Below are positions 1-7,842 of a DNA stretch of 49,105 nt, piece after piece. How positions within the stretch are numbered: position 1 is the stretch's first letter; every line of letters starts with the position of its first letter. The stretch comes from Bacteroidota bacterium. GTDB lineage: Bacteria > Bacteroidota > Ignavibacteria > UBA10030 > UBA8401. The stretch spans positions 1 through 49,105 of the forward strand of contig JALNZH010000001.1 of NCBI GenBank assembly GCA_023229405.1, written 5' to 3'. Below the pieces are notes generated by a model, which was not told the DNA's origin, did no database searches, and saw only the letters and a list, made by a program, of their open reading frames with translations. A program made the position numbers and the translations under genes.

Positions 1-252
1 CCGTTTAATCCTGCTACACTCATCTCCTATGCGTTACCGCAACAGGCGAATGTAACGCTGGAGATCTTTACCGTGCTCGGACAATCGGTGTATTCCATTC
101 CTTTAAAGCAAATGCCGGCAGGATTCCATCAAGAAGTATGGAATGCAGGAGGTCATTCTTCGGGGGTGTATTTCTACCGAGTCACCGTACGAGATCCGTT
201 AACCGGAGAACTCCGGTTTACACAAACAAAGAAAATGATGCTGATACGATAA
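1..252 (+). CDS. 3' fragment of a secreted protein carrying a T9SS (Por) type-A C-terminal sorting domain; the 5' end lies outside the window
   Basis: Frame 1 is open from nt 1 to TAA at 250-252. It translates to PFNPATLISYALPQQANVTLEIFTVLGQSVYSIPLKQMPAGFHQEVWNAGGHSSGVYFYRVTVRDPLTGELRFTQTKKMMLIR. This aligns with the C-termini of the 29931-32327 and 32346-34388 products (NPFNP.T.I...LP....V.L.IFD.LG..V......G.YFY). It is absent from the ORF track because it has no in-window start. Confidence 0.85.
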   Translation, partial: PFNPATLISYALPQQANVTLEIFTVLGQSVYSIPLKQMPAGFHQEVWNAGGHSSGVYFYRVTVRDPLTGELRFTQTKKMMLIR

Positions 253-403
253 GAGAAATATCCGCCGCAGCGGCAGAGCAACGGTGTAGGTCGTTAAAAC
301 AAGCCCAGGTGCGTTTCGTGCCGCGTTGAAAGAGTTACCACTGTTGCAGTGTCGTTAAGCAGTAAATCACAATAAGAATAAACTGACTTCTTTTTGAAGA
401 AAA

Positions 404-431
404 GGAGCCCAATGATGGGGGCTCCTTTTTT
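404..431. terminator. Intrinsic terminator hairpin, usable in both directions
   Basis: Stem GGAGCCC (404-410) / GGGCTCC (419-425), followed by TTTTTT (426-431) on the + strand. On the - strand the same stem is followed by TTTTCTTC. It lies about 150 nt downstream of the T9SS-CTD gene stop. Confidence 0.75.
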
Positions 432-499
432 ATGTTACCTCGTCTCGTTTATTCTCAATTGATAGTATTGCAGAATCATTTTTTTCTTGCCCGCGCGCT

Positions 500-682
500 T
501 CACTCTCCAGGCGAAATCTCATGCTTAAGATGGAAAGGTTCTTTTTCATCTTTTTTGTGAAGGTCTTTTTCCATTGATTGCAGAATAAAAAGAATAATGA
601 TTGCCACCGGGAAAAAGAATCGCAGATCTATCAATAATATTAAACTCATCAAAACGATCATTGAAATAATTTTAATAACCAT
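500..682 (-). CDS. Hypothetical 60-aa two-TM membrane peptide (weak call)
   Basis: Internal ATG (680-682) of the 500-829 ORF gives MVIKIISMIVLMSLILLIDLRFFFPVAIIILFILQSMEKDLHKKDEKEPFHLKHEISPGE: two hydrophobic helices and a charged tail. The bidirectional terminator at 404-431 lies downstream. No family recognised and no clear SD. Confidence 0.25.
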   Translation of the reverse strand: MVIKIISMIVLMSLILLIDLRFFFPVAIIILFILQSMEKDLHKKDEKEPFHLKHEISPGE

Positions 683-991
683 ATGCACACCCCAAGATAA
701 ACTGTCTATACTATGTACCAAATTGATTAACACAGCGCAATCACGTATATACGGTAATTTTTTTCTTGGAAAGAGTGTTTTTTGTGAAATTTCAAGGGTG
801 TGCATGAAAGAAGAGATAGATGACCACAACAGAGGAAAAGATCTTCATTGCGAAACGATAATATTGTTCGGATGTGGTTGCGCGCAGGTGGAATATCCAC
901 AGAAATGCTCTGGATATTTTTTAGATCAACGGTACATTGCAACGTATTTTGATTACAACGGAAGATTGCGGTGAGAGTGTGAAGGCCGGAT

Positions 992-1180
992 CAATTATTT
1001 AAAAGTGTTGAAAAATAGGTTGTCCTTTTTCATTCTAAACACATTCGCTTCAAGAAGAATCGTGTGCTTCCATTTGCGTGGAAACACAAGATTTCCCCCG
1101 CTTGACCGCCGGCAGGCGCTTCTCAAAAATGACAGCGAGATGAGATTTTTAAGATGTCGCTATTTCTTTATTTCTTTTTC
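992..1180 (+). repeat. Copy A of a two-copy conserved structured intergenic element (candidate sRNA gene or MITE-like repeat)
   Basis: nt 992-1061 match 20427-20496 at 55/70 positions without gaps (hand count). Shared TTGAAA-17 nt-CATTCT (1008-1036). Hairpin 1057-1095 has conserved outer stem GAATC/GATTC. The 3' block GAGATGAGATTTTTAAGATGTCGC (1137-1160) matches 20613-20636 at 20/24, followed by a T-rich run 1161-1180. Confidence 0.6.
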
Positions 1181-1447
1181 GATCTTCTTCTTCGCGTCCT
1201 GCAATTCTTTATTCTCCTGCAACGATTTTTTCGTTTTTTCTACCCCCTGTTGTATGGGATCGGTGATCTCGCGGACAGTGGAACCGGTATACAGGATATA
1301 ACCGATGAAAGCAACGAGAGCAATAAACGAATAAAAAAGCAATTTTATAATCTTTTTGATGATGGAAAAGACTATGGCGATCACCAGACAGGCGGCGATC
1401 AGCATATACAGTTCGTTGGTTAAAAGGAGATCGAAAAATTGTTCCAT
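1160..1447 (-). CDS. Small membrane protein (two predicted TM helices, Lys/Glu-rich C-terminal tail), hypothetical
   Basis: 95-aa ORF MEQFFDLLLTNELYMLIAACLVIAIVFSIIKK...FIALVAFIGYILYTG...KELQDAKKKIEKEIKK. It lies 78 nt downstream of and co-directional with the REC-MBL gene. No family recognised. Confidence 0.55.
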   Translation of the reverse strand: MEQFFDLLLTNELYMLIAACLVIAIVFSIIKKIIKLLFYSFIALVAFIGYILYTGSTVREITDPIQQGVEKTKKSLQENKELQDAKKKIEKEIKK

Positions 1448-1525
1448 AATTATTTTTGCCGCAGCAACAATTACAGCGGATTCAGCAGACGCTTCGATGC
1501 TCTGCGGGTGTGGTGATAGAAGGAG

Positions 1526-2854
1526 TTAAAAATATTCGATCATTCCGTCGGCCGCAAGCGAGACGGGAATTTGGTAGCTAATGGATTCAAGAACCTCTTT
1601 GGTCTTCGCGAGTTTTTTCTCCAGAAATTCGTCTGAATGCATCGGATCGTGGTGCGTAATAATCCATTGTTTCACCTTCGCCAATTTGCACAACAGGCAG
1701 CCATTAGTCAGCGACGTATGTCCCCAACCAATCTTAAATGGATATTCATCGTCCATATACTGCGCTTCAGCAATCAGAACATCTGCACCGGTAATAAAAT
1801 CGATCAGTTCTCGGTACACCACCTTCATCTCATGTGAGATCAATGCTGGATCTGGAGCTCCAAGATATCCTTTCAGGAATTCATTATCCGTCATATAGAC
1901 GATTGTTTTTCCGCCGAGAGCGAATTTAAATCCTACAGCCGCACCCTGATGGTGTACGTAACACCAATGCATCTGAAAATTACCTACAATAACGGGATTA
2001 TCCTTCAGATCGTTGAACAGGATGGAACTGGATAAATCCTGCAATTGAACGGGAAAATAATCGGAGTCAAGCTGTCCGCTGAAGATGGAACGAAGGTCCT
2101 TTCCAAATCCTGAAGCACCGTACACCGTAAGAGATGTTCCCGGAAGATACGCCGGTACAAAGAATGGAAATCCCTGGATATGGTCCCAATGGGTATGACC
2201 GATAAACAGGTGCAGTGGACGCGGATGTTCCTCTTTCAACTTCACGCCGAGTTCTCTAATACCCGTGCCGGCATCAACTACTACGGTCATCCCGTCCACG
2301 TTAATTTCAAGGCACGGCGTATTGCCGCCATGATGAATAAATGCAGGTCCGCTGACCGGGATCGAACCCCGGGTACCCCAGAAGCGGATATAGGGCGTGG
2401 TTGGCTCAATGATTGAAGAGAATTCATGCACGCGGGCAGTAACTGGCGGCAATAGTGTTGCCGGAGAACCCTCTCCGGAAAAATATCCCTCAATGGTGGT
2501 CAGCAGTTCGTCGAACGAAAATGGTTTGGTAATGAACGCATAAGCTCCATGGCGGATTGTCAGATCCTTGTCGGGTTTAAAATCTTTTCCCGAGCACATG
2601 ATCACACCGATATGCGAGGTTGCGGTATCCGATTTGAGTTGTTTTAAAACATCGATACCGTGAATGAGCGGCATCATAATATCGAGAAGAATCAGATCGG
2701 GATGAAATGTTGTTACTGTGGCAAGGCACTCCTCTCCGTTTTCCGCGGCGGCAATTTCATATCCCGAGGAAGAAAGCAAGGTTGCCACCATGAGACGGAT
2801 ACCTTCCGAATCATCGACAATCAGAATCCGTTTTTTTTCCAGCTGGTCAGTCAT
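1526..2854 (-). CDS. Response-regulator receiver (REC) domain fused to an MBL-fold metallo-hydrolase
   Basis: N-terminus KRILIVDDSEGIRLM...HPDLILLDIMMP...GVIMCSGKD is a CheY-like receiver. The C-terminal half carries the metallo-beta-lactamase motif GHTHWDHIQGFPFF plus downstream His/Asp ligands. The ORF-track start is GTG (2881); I prefer the ATG at 2852-2854 (MTDQLEKKRILIV). Confidence 0.85.
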   Translation of the reverse strand: MTDQLEKKRILIVDDSEGIRLMVATLLSSSGYEIAAAENGEECLATVTTFHPDLILLDIMMPLIHGIDVLKQLKSDTATSHIGVIMCSGKDFKPDKDLTIRHGAYAFITKPFSFDELLTTIEGYFSGEGSPATLLPPVTARVHEFSSIIEPTTPYIRFWGTRGSIPVSGPAFIHHGGNTPCLEINVDGMTVVVDAGTGIRELGVKLKEEHPRPLHLFIGHTHWDHIQGFPFFVPAYLPGTSLTVYGASGFGKDLRSIFSGQLDSDYFPVQLQDLSSSILFNDLKDNPVIVGNFQMHWCYVHHQGAAVGFKFALGGKTIVYMTDNEFLKGYLGAPDPALISHEMKVVYRELIDFITGADVLIAEAQYMDDEYPFKIGWGHTSLTNGCLLCKLAKVKQWIITHHDPMHSDEFLEKKLAKTKEVLESISYQIPVSLAADGMIEYF

Positions 2855-3100
2855 TCGATCAATCCGCGAGGCTCTGTACACTGCGTTAGCATGAAGGTAG
2901 AAAAATCCGGCGTCGCTTTCAACAATTATTCATGCGAAAGAACAGAGACAAGGACGGTAAACGGATGGAACAGTATGGAAGAGGGTGAATATGCAGTATT
3001 TCGGCAAAATAGGCTGCGGAAAGCGAACTGTGACTCTGTGATGCTCTGTACAGAGTACGGTAAATTTTAAAAGGCAAAAAACAAAATAACAGGAGGTGTA

Positions 3101-3493
3101 CTAACCAACAATTTCTGCTGTCGGAACTGCGTAGATTCTGGTAATCCTCCAGCGCCCGCGGTCGAACGTAAACAGGGCAGTCATAGAAATTTCCCTGCTG
3201 TTAAACGTTGCTGTGGAAGTAATTGTTGATTGCGAACCCAACCGTACCGCCGAATATTCAATTGTTCCGCCGGACATAGTAACGTTCTCGGAAAAATTCG
3301 GGGTAGAGTATTTGTCCCCCATTTTTGACAGTGCCAACGAGATCCCCGTTCGAGCAAGCTGTTCGGCCTGAACAGTATTTGCCACCGCTTCAACGGTGAT
3401 ACTGTTCGTCCGCTCTGCCTGATAGAAGCTAACGGTGTAAAACCCAAGGATCAGGTACACTCCAGATAGCATTATTATTTTTGATGATCCCAT
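3101..3493 (-). CDS. Membrane-anchored hypothetical protein with a PilX-like N-terminal region
   Basis: 130 aa. N-terminal hydrophobic anchor IIMLSGVYLILGFYTV followed by QAEQLARTGISLALSKM, reminiscent of the PilX_N motif (A..AEaG). It is isolated by 280-nt and 246-nt intergenic gaps, with no other pilus genes nearby. Confidence 0.5.
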   Translation of the reverse strand: MGSSKIIMLSGVYLILGFYTVSFYQAERTNSITVEAVANTVQAEQLARTGISLALSKMGDKYSTPNFSENVTMSGGTIEYSAVRLGSQSTITSTATFNSREISMTALFTFDRGRWRITRIYAVPTAEIVG

Positions 3494-3773
3494 AACTCAC
3501 TTCGCGGTTTAATTTCTATGGGTAATCTACTGAACCACTATGAATGACGCAAGGAATCAATCGTTAGAGTGCTGTAACGAAGTCATTAAGATTCTCTTAT
3601 ACATTAACATTTTCTAAATATCCGATTAACGGACAATAACATCTTTGAGTACGAAAAATTCAATTTTGTATTAATACTTTTCTTCACTGTTTTTTTACTC
3701 CATCGTACATTACATCGTGTGAAATGGACTTGTCGACGCCGGGCGGTTCCGCGAAACTGTGTGGAAGAATAGA

Positions 3774-4724
3774 TTATCGCGTTGAAATAAATGCAACGAT
3801 CGATTGTATTGCGGGATCGGAAGGATTGGCCATACGTTCAACCGTTCCCATGTGTGTACGATTTTCAAGGATCTGATATTGAACATCGGATCGACAACGC
3901 TGGGCGAGAGCGATAAACTCCTTCACGGTTTGTTCCTTAGGAGGATCGTTCAATTCCGAATCGGCAAGCAGTATCAACATGCGCGGCATAAACGGATTGA
4001 CATGACGGAGAGGAAGGCTGTTGATGAAATTTTGTTTTGAACCGAAAATCTTGAAGAACCAATCGGAATGAAATAAGCGGTGTTCATCGGACGGTGTCAA
4101 TGCCGACAGGCTCCCTCCGTCACTCATCATTGCTCCTATCGCAACCGTACCGGAGATATCCGTTAAGGATAATCCCGCTTCATTCAGATATGTGGAATCG
4201 GTCGAGATAAGTGCGGCAAGGTGCCCACCGGCACTATGTCCGACGACGAAGATTTTTTCCGAATCACCTCCGTATTCACCGATATTCTCTTTCAACCAAC
4301 GCACAGCACGTGCTACATCGCGCGGTTGTGCCGGCCAAACGGAATCCTTCATCAGCCGGTAGCTCATTACAGCACAAATAATCCCTCGTTGTTGAAACGC
4401 TTCGCCGATCTGTGCATACGGATATTCCTTCCTATCCCCCGCAACGAAACTGCCGCCGTGAATAAACAAAATCACCGGAATGTGTTTCCGCGCTTCACTG
4501 GATTCCGACAACGGACTTTCAACCTGGTCTGAAACGATTGCGGAAAAATCCAATTGGTGTGGGATGTAAAGATCCATTGAGTTCTTTTGCAACGAAGAGT
4601 ACGATATGTCCGCTTCCACAAAGCCAAACGGAGTGGTGATTAGTTTCGGGCTGGCCAAGAGCATACATTCACAGAAGGATGCCAGGATGGTTATACAACG
4701 GAAGAATCGTACGCTGGGTGCCAT
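3774..4724 (-). CDS. Secreted alpha/beta-hydrolase (esterase/lipase, HGG-type)
   Basis: Signal-like N-terminus. Oxyanion motif IHGGSFVAGD and nucleophile elbow VVGHSAGGHLAA (G-x-S-x-G), with a C-terminal His region (NRTHMG). Confidence 0.85.
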   Translation of the reverse strand: MAPSVRFFRCITILASFCECMLLASPKLITTPFGFVEADISYSSLQKNSMDLYIPHQLDFSAIVSDQVESPLSESSEARKHIPVILFIHGGSFVAGDRKEYPYAQIGEAFQQRGIICAVMSYRLMKDSVWPAQPRDVARAVRWLKENIGEYGGDSEKIFVVGHSAGGHLAALISTDSTYLNEAGLSLTDISGTVAIGAMMSDGGSLSALTPSDEHRLFHSDWFFKIFGSKQNFINSLPLRHVNPFMPRMLILLADSELNDPPKEQTVKEFIALAQRCRSDVQYQILENRTHMGTVERMANPSDPAIQSIVAFISTR

Positions 4725-4840
4725 AGTGCTTTGTAATACGCTGTGGCACCGCGTTGGTTACATGAGGATTGTAGAGATTATTAGAGATGCACCCCTATCG
4801 AGGTTTCTTGATGTGTAGTTGCAATCTTGACAAGGGGTTT

Positions 4841-4864
4841 AAAAAATGCGGATCAGTGTATCCG
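4841..4864 (-). terminator. Weak intrinsic terminator after the 4897-5622 gene
   Basis: On the - strand: CGGAT-ACACTG-ATCCG (5-bp stem, 4849-4864) followed by CATTTTTT (4841-4848). It lies 33 nt past the stop codon. Confidence 0.4.
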
Positions 4865-4896
4865 TTATTTGTTTGGACGGAGGTTTCGCGTACAGA

Positions 4897-5622
4897 TTAC
4901 CGCTTGGTACGGGCAAGAACATAGAATACCTTCTTTTGTATGTCGCGCCATCGGGAGACAATCTCCACATTCTTCAGCAGTACATCCACATCCTCATTAA
5001 AGAGATCTTGCGACTCAACGATCGATTTTTTCTGCAACGAGACTACGGTACTGTGTGAAGTCCGCACAAGAGCCATAAATGCATTATGTTCGGCGCGCTG
5101 CCAGGAACTGGATTCATAATAATATTCTTCCGACGTCCCAACGCCAAAGTAATACTGCTGGTCATTCGGAAGTTTCTCCACCCAATCCGGCTGCGCAATC
5201 TGTGCTACAGAAACGATCTTCTTCGTATCCTCATCGGGAGTACAGGATAACGGATCTCCGGACAGAACGATGGTCTTTTGCAAATCAACAAATGCATCAA
5301 TTACTTTTAAAGATGACTGGTACCGGTCTGTTAACAATGAGTCGTACAGTTCTGTATACTGCGCCCCCATGGAATGAACGCCTGCTTCGGTGGTCCAAAA
5401 CGCTTGACCGCCGCGCACTTTCACGGCGGTATATTTTGCCAACTGATCGCAGCCGGTTCTGAACGCAAGGGCAATAGCCGAATCCTTATACAATGAAGGT
5501 GACCGCATGACGGTAACGATCTTGATTCCGCAGTTCACCCGATCCTGATCCAGAAACCATTGCGGATATTGCTGGGCATTGACGGTGATAACCAATGCGA
5601 GAAAAATAAATACACTTCTCAT
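4897..5622 (-). CDS. Secreted protein with two LPP20-like repeats
   Basis: Signal peptide MRSVFIFLALVITVNAQ. SD GGGGGAG lies upstream of the ATG. Two copies of the LPP20-type signature (YPQWFLDQ... and QPDWVEKLPNDQQYYFGVGTSE...WQRAEHNAFMALV). Confidence 0.7.
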   Translation of the reverse strand: MRSVFIFLALVITVNAQQYPQWFLDQDRVNCGIKIVTVMRSPSLYKDSAIALAFRTGCDQLAKYTAVKVRGGQAFWTTEAGVHSMGAQYTELYDSLLTDRYQSSLKVIDAFVDLQKTIVLSGDPLSCTPDEDTKKIVSVAQIAQPDWVEKLPNDQQYYFGVGTSEEYYYESSSWQRAEHNAFMALVRTSHSTVVSLQKKSIVESQDLFNEDVDVLLKNVEIVSRWRDIQKKVFYVLARTKR

Positions 5623-5636
5623 GAATACTCCCCCCT

Positions 5637-5674
5637 AAAAACATCAACGCCATCAGGAATATCCCGATGGCGTT
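5637..5674 (-). terminator. Intrinsic terminator after the LPP20 lipoprotein gene
   Basis: Perfect 9-bp stem AACGCCATC (5646-5654) / GATGGCGTT (5666-5674) with an 11-nt loop. On the - strand it is followed by GATGTTTTT. Its T-run ends only about 15 nt before the next start codon (5622). Confidence 0.7.
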
Positions 5675-5695
5675 ATGATACTGCGACAGTAAAGC

Positions 5696-6262
5696 TTATT
5701 GTCCTTTTTTAGAATCTTCGTATTTCTGCACTTCTTCATCCAATTCTTTATACGACTGGGAAGCACGGAATCGAGTGTACAATTGTTCATTCTTTTTAAT
5801 TTGTTCGCGAAGTGCTTCCTGGGCAGCGCCAAGCGGATATTCCACCAACACGTACGCACGCCAGTTGCTACCGTCCTTTACGATCTTTTTCTGTTTTTCT
5901 TTGGAACCACTTAAACTGGTTGAGACAACGGTCTTCGATGCCTGAGTAAACTGATCGAGCAGCTGAGCATCGTCACCAATGCCGGTCTCTTCCGTGAATC
6001 GTTTCTGCAATGCATTAATCTTCACTTCCACTTGTCTGCCAAGTTCCGTTCGTGCTGCCTGTGTTGCTTTATCAACAGCAGTCTGCATGTCTTTGGATGT
6101 GGATGTGTTGACCGAATGCAAGTAGTTTGGATCAGACGGGGGATTCATATACCAATCCGGAACATCACCGGTATCTGTTTTTTGTAACGGTTCACTGCCG
6201 CCGCACCCGATGAGCAACACCGCCGCTAAGGCTGCTGCGAATAACGATCTCAGAATCTGCAT
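5696..6262 (-). CDS. LPP20-family lipoprotein
   Basis: ATG at 6260-6262 is preceded by AGGAGG (6267-6272 on +). Lipobox AAVLLIGC|GG. The LPP20 signature DVPDWYMNPP...SKDMQTAVDKATQAARTELGRQV resembles the APDWV motif of H. pylori Lpp20. The ORF-track start (TTG, 6322) is rejected. Confidence 0.8.
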   Translation of the reverse strand: MQILRSLFAAALAAVLLIGCGGSEPLQKTDTGDVPDWYMNPPSDPNYLHSVNTSTSKDMQTAVDKATQAARTELGRQVEVKINALQKRFTEETGIGDDAQLLDQFTQASKTVVSTSLSGSKEKQKKIVKDGSNWRAYVLVEYPLGAAQEALREQIKKNEQLYTRFRASQSYKELDEEVQKYEDSKKGQ

Positions 6263-6370
6263 AAAACCTCCTATTGTTTGATTGTGGTAACTATATACGC
6301 GTGAATTACAATGTCGTAACAAGAATGTTTGAATATAGAGAGTTTCAGAAAGAAAAGAAAGAACAACGAA

Positions 6371-7132
6371 TTAATTACTGTTCCCAAGTTGATTCACCTC
6401 ACGTATCTGTCCCTGCTCTATTTTTAAGACGTTCCAGATCGTACCCTCTTTTTTTCGCGGTACCTGAATCACTTTCAACAATTTCCCCTCCCCATACACT
6501 TTCACCGTCGCTTTGGATTCGGACAATGCTGTTGAATTTGTCATGTTCTGATAAGAAAAATCGTTGATAAAATACTCATACTCGGATTTCGTCGAGACTT
6601 CATTAACGGTAATCGTTTCTGGTCCATACCCCTTCATAGCATCTATATCCAGCATTCCGCTTCCGTCCGATAACACTTTCATATTCCTGTACGATATATG
6701 ATATCCGTTGTTTCCGGACTTGACGAAATGTGCATCCAAGTCGCGAGGTTCTTTATCCCAATCTAGAACGATACGGACAAATTTGATGTCCATCATTGGT
6801 GAGATGGAAATATGATTAAAGAACAATGTTCCTGCCATAATTTCAATCGGGTAATCAGTCGGAATGTATCCGTCCGCTCGGATGGTCACCTTCAGCACTC
6901 CATCCTCATCCTGTGCCGGAAAAATCACTTTCCCCTCGTCATCGGAAACAAATTCACCGGTTTTTTCTATCGTTATATCGGCACCAACAACTGGTTTCCC
7001 GTTCACAGCATTCGTGATGTGCAGTGTAAGATTTCCTGTTTCCAATTCTTCAAAAACATCCGCGGACTTTGTGGTAATCTGGGCAATTAGTGTGAATGAA
7101 CAAATACTAAAAGTGAAAAAGAGAGTTTTCAT
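6371..7132 (-). CDS. Secreted protein: carboxypeptidase-regulatory-like beta-sandwich plus a DUF2135 (YfaP)-like domain
   Basis: Signal peptide MKTLFFTFSICSFTLIAQ. LHITNAVNGKPVVGADITIEK is CarboxypepD_reg-like. LDWDKEPRDLDAHF...SYRN...GMLDIDAMKGYGPETI fits the DUF2135 pattern (W..D.DLH....Y....G.L..D...GYGPE) as I remember it. Its ATG overlaps the prsW stop (ATGA). Confidence 0.7.
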   Translation of the reverse strand: MKTLFFTFSICSFTLIAQITTKSADVFEELETGNLTLHITNAVNGKPVVGADITIEKTGEFVSDDEGKVIFPAQDEDGVLKVTIRADGYIPTDYPIEIMAGTLFFNHISISPMMDIKFVRIVLDWDKEPRDLDAHFVKSGNNGYHISYRNMKVLSDGSGMLDIDAMKGYGPETITVNEVSTKSEYEYFINDFSYQNMTNSTALSESKATVKVYGEGKLLKVIQVPRKKEGTIWNVLKIEQGQIREVNQLGNSN

Positions 7133-7842
7133 AACGGTTCCGTAGTCTTTTTCCTGAGCACGATAGTGGTATATCGGAACGGCGAGTGTTCGTTCAGGAT
7201 TTTCATCGCCCGAAACGAAAGAATGATTCCGGTAATCAGTGATGCCAGGGCACCGAGTGCAATTAATTGAATATTGTCGATGGATAGAAAAAAATCATAC
7301 GCTCCATGGAATATGGTCGCCATTCCTATTCCCAGCAGCAAGTACGGCGGATGATGATTCCTGAATTTTGCCAACCCCACAAAGTACCCCATCAACACCG
7401 CAAAGGTGGCATGCGCAGGAACGGCGGTAAAAATTCTTGCCACTGCCACTTCCATGCCTCCATTCATTACATACAATAGATTTTCCGCTGTGGCGAACCC
7501 CATCGAGACCATGACGGCGTACATAATTCCATCAAACGGTTCATTGAAGTCAGCCCTGGAATAGGCAACCATATATAGGCAGAAAAATTTCCACAATTCT
7601 TCCGTGAGTCCGACAAAAAGGAAATTATTCACAGCAGTGTTCACCACTATTGTATTCGGCAGTGGAAACACCGAAAAGAGCAACTGTTCCGTCAATGCAG
7701 CAGGAAGAACAATGAACAAACCTGCGGCGAACGTTTTCAGCAGAAGAGACAACGGTTCCTTCTCATACTTATCCCGAAAATACACATACACCGCAATGGC
7801 GGCGCCGGGAGCAATTGCCAGTCCGAAAAGAGTCAGTTCCAT
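7129..7842 (-). CDS. prsW: PrsW-family intramembrane metalloprotease
   Basis: Polytopic membrane protein carrying the PrsW signature motifs EELWKF (E-E-x-x-K), FATAENLLY and HGAYDF (H-x-x-x-D). It overlaps the upstream stop (TAATG) and the downstream start (ATGA). Confidence 0.85.
   Translation of the reverse strand: MELTLFGLAIAPGAAIAVYVYFRDKYEKEPLSLLLKTFAAGLFIVLPAALTEQLLFSVFPLPNTIVVNTAVNNFLFVGLTEELWKFFCLYMVAYSRADFNEPFDGIMYAVMVSMGFATAENLLYVMNGGMEVAVARIFTAVPAHATFAVLMGYFVGLAKFRNHHPPYLLLGIGMATIFHGAYDFFLSIDNIQLIALGALASLITGIILSFRAMKILNEHSPFRYTTIVLRKKTTEPL

Noticed and set aside
597-974. 125-aa + ORF (and the overlapping 71-aa - ORF at 727-942) in the AT-rich gap.
   Set aside because: No SD, no recognisable domain and an odd composition. 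It overlaps other equally weak ORFs. It is kept only as part of the orphan-region finding.
1005-1301. ORFs spanning the two repeat copies (1005-1301 and 20487-20750, plus 20465-20656 on the - strand) share short peptides (RFP, RF.RC), which might suggest a small conserved protein.
   Set aside because: The two nucleotide copies differ by a 1-nt indel and a 44-nt net insertion, which break any common reading frame. Conservation follows nucleotide blocks and base-pairing rather than codons.
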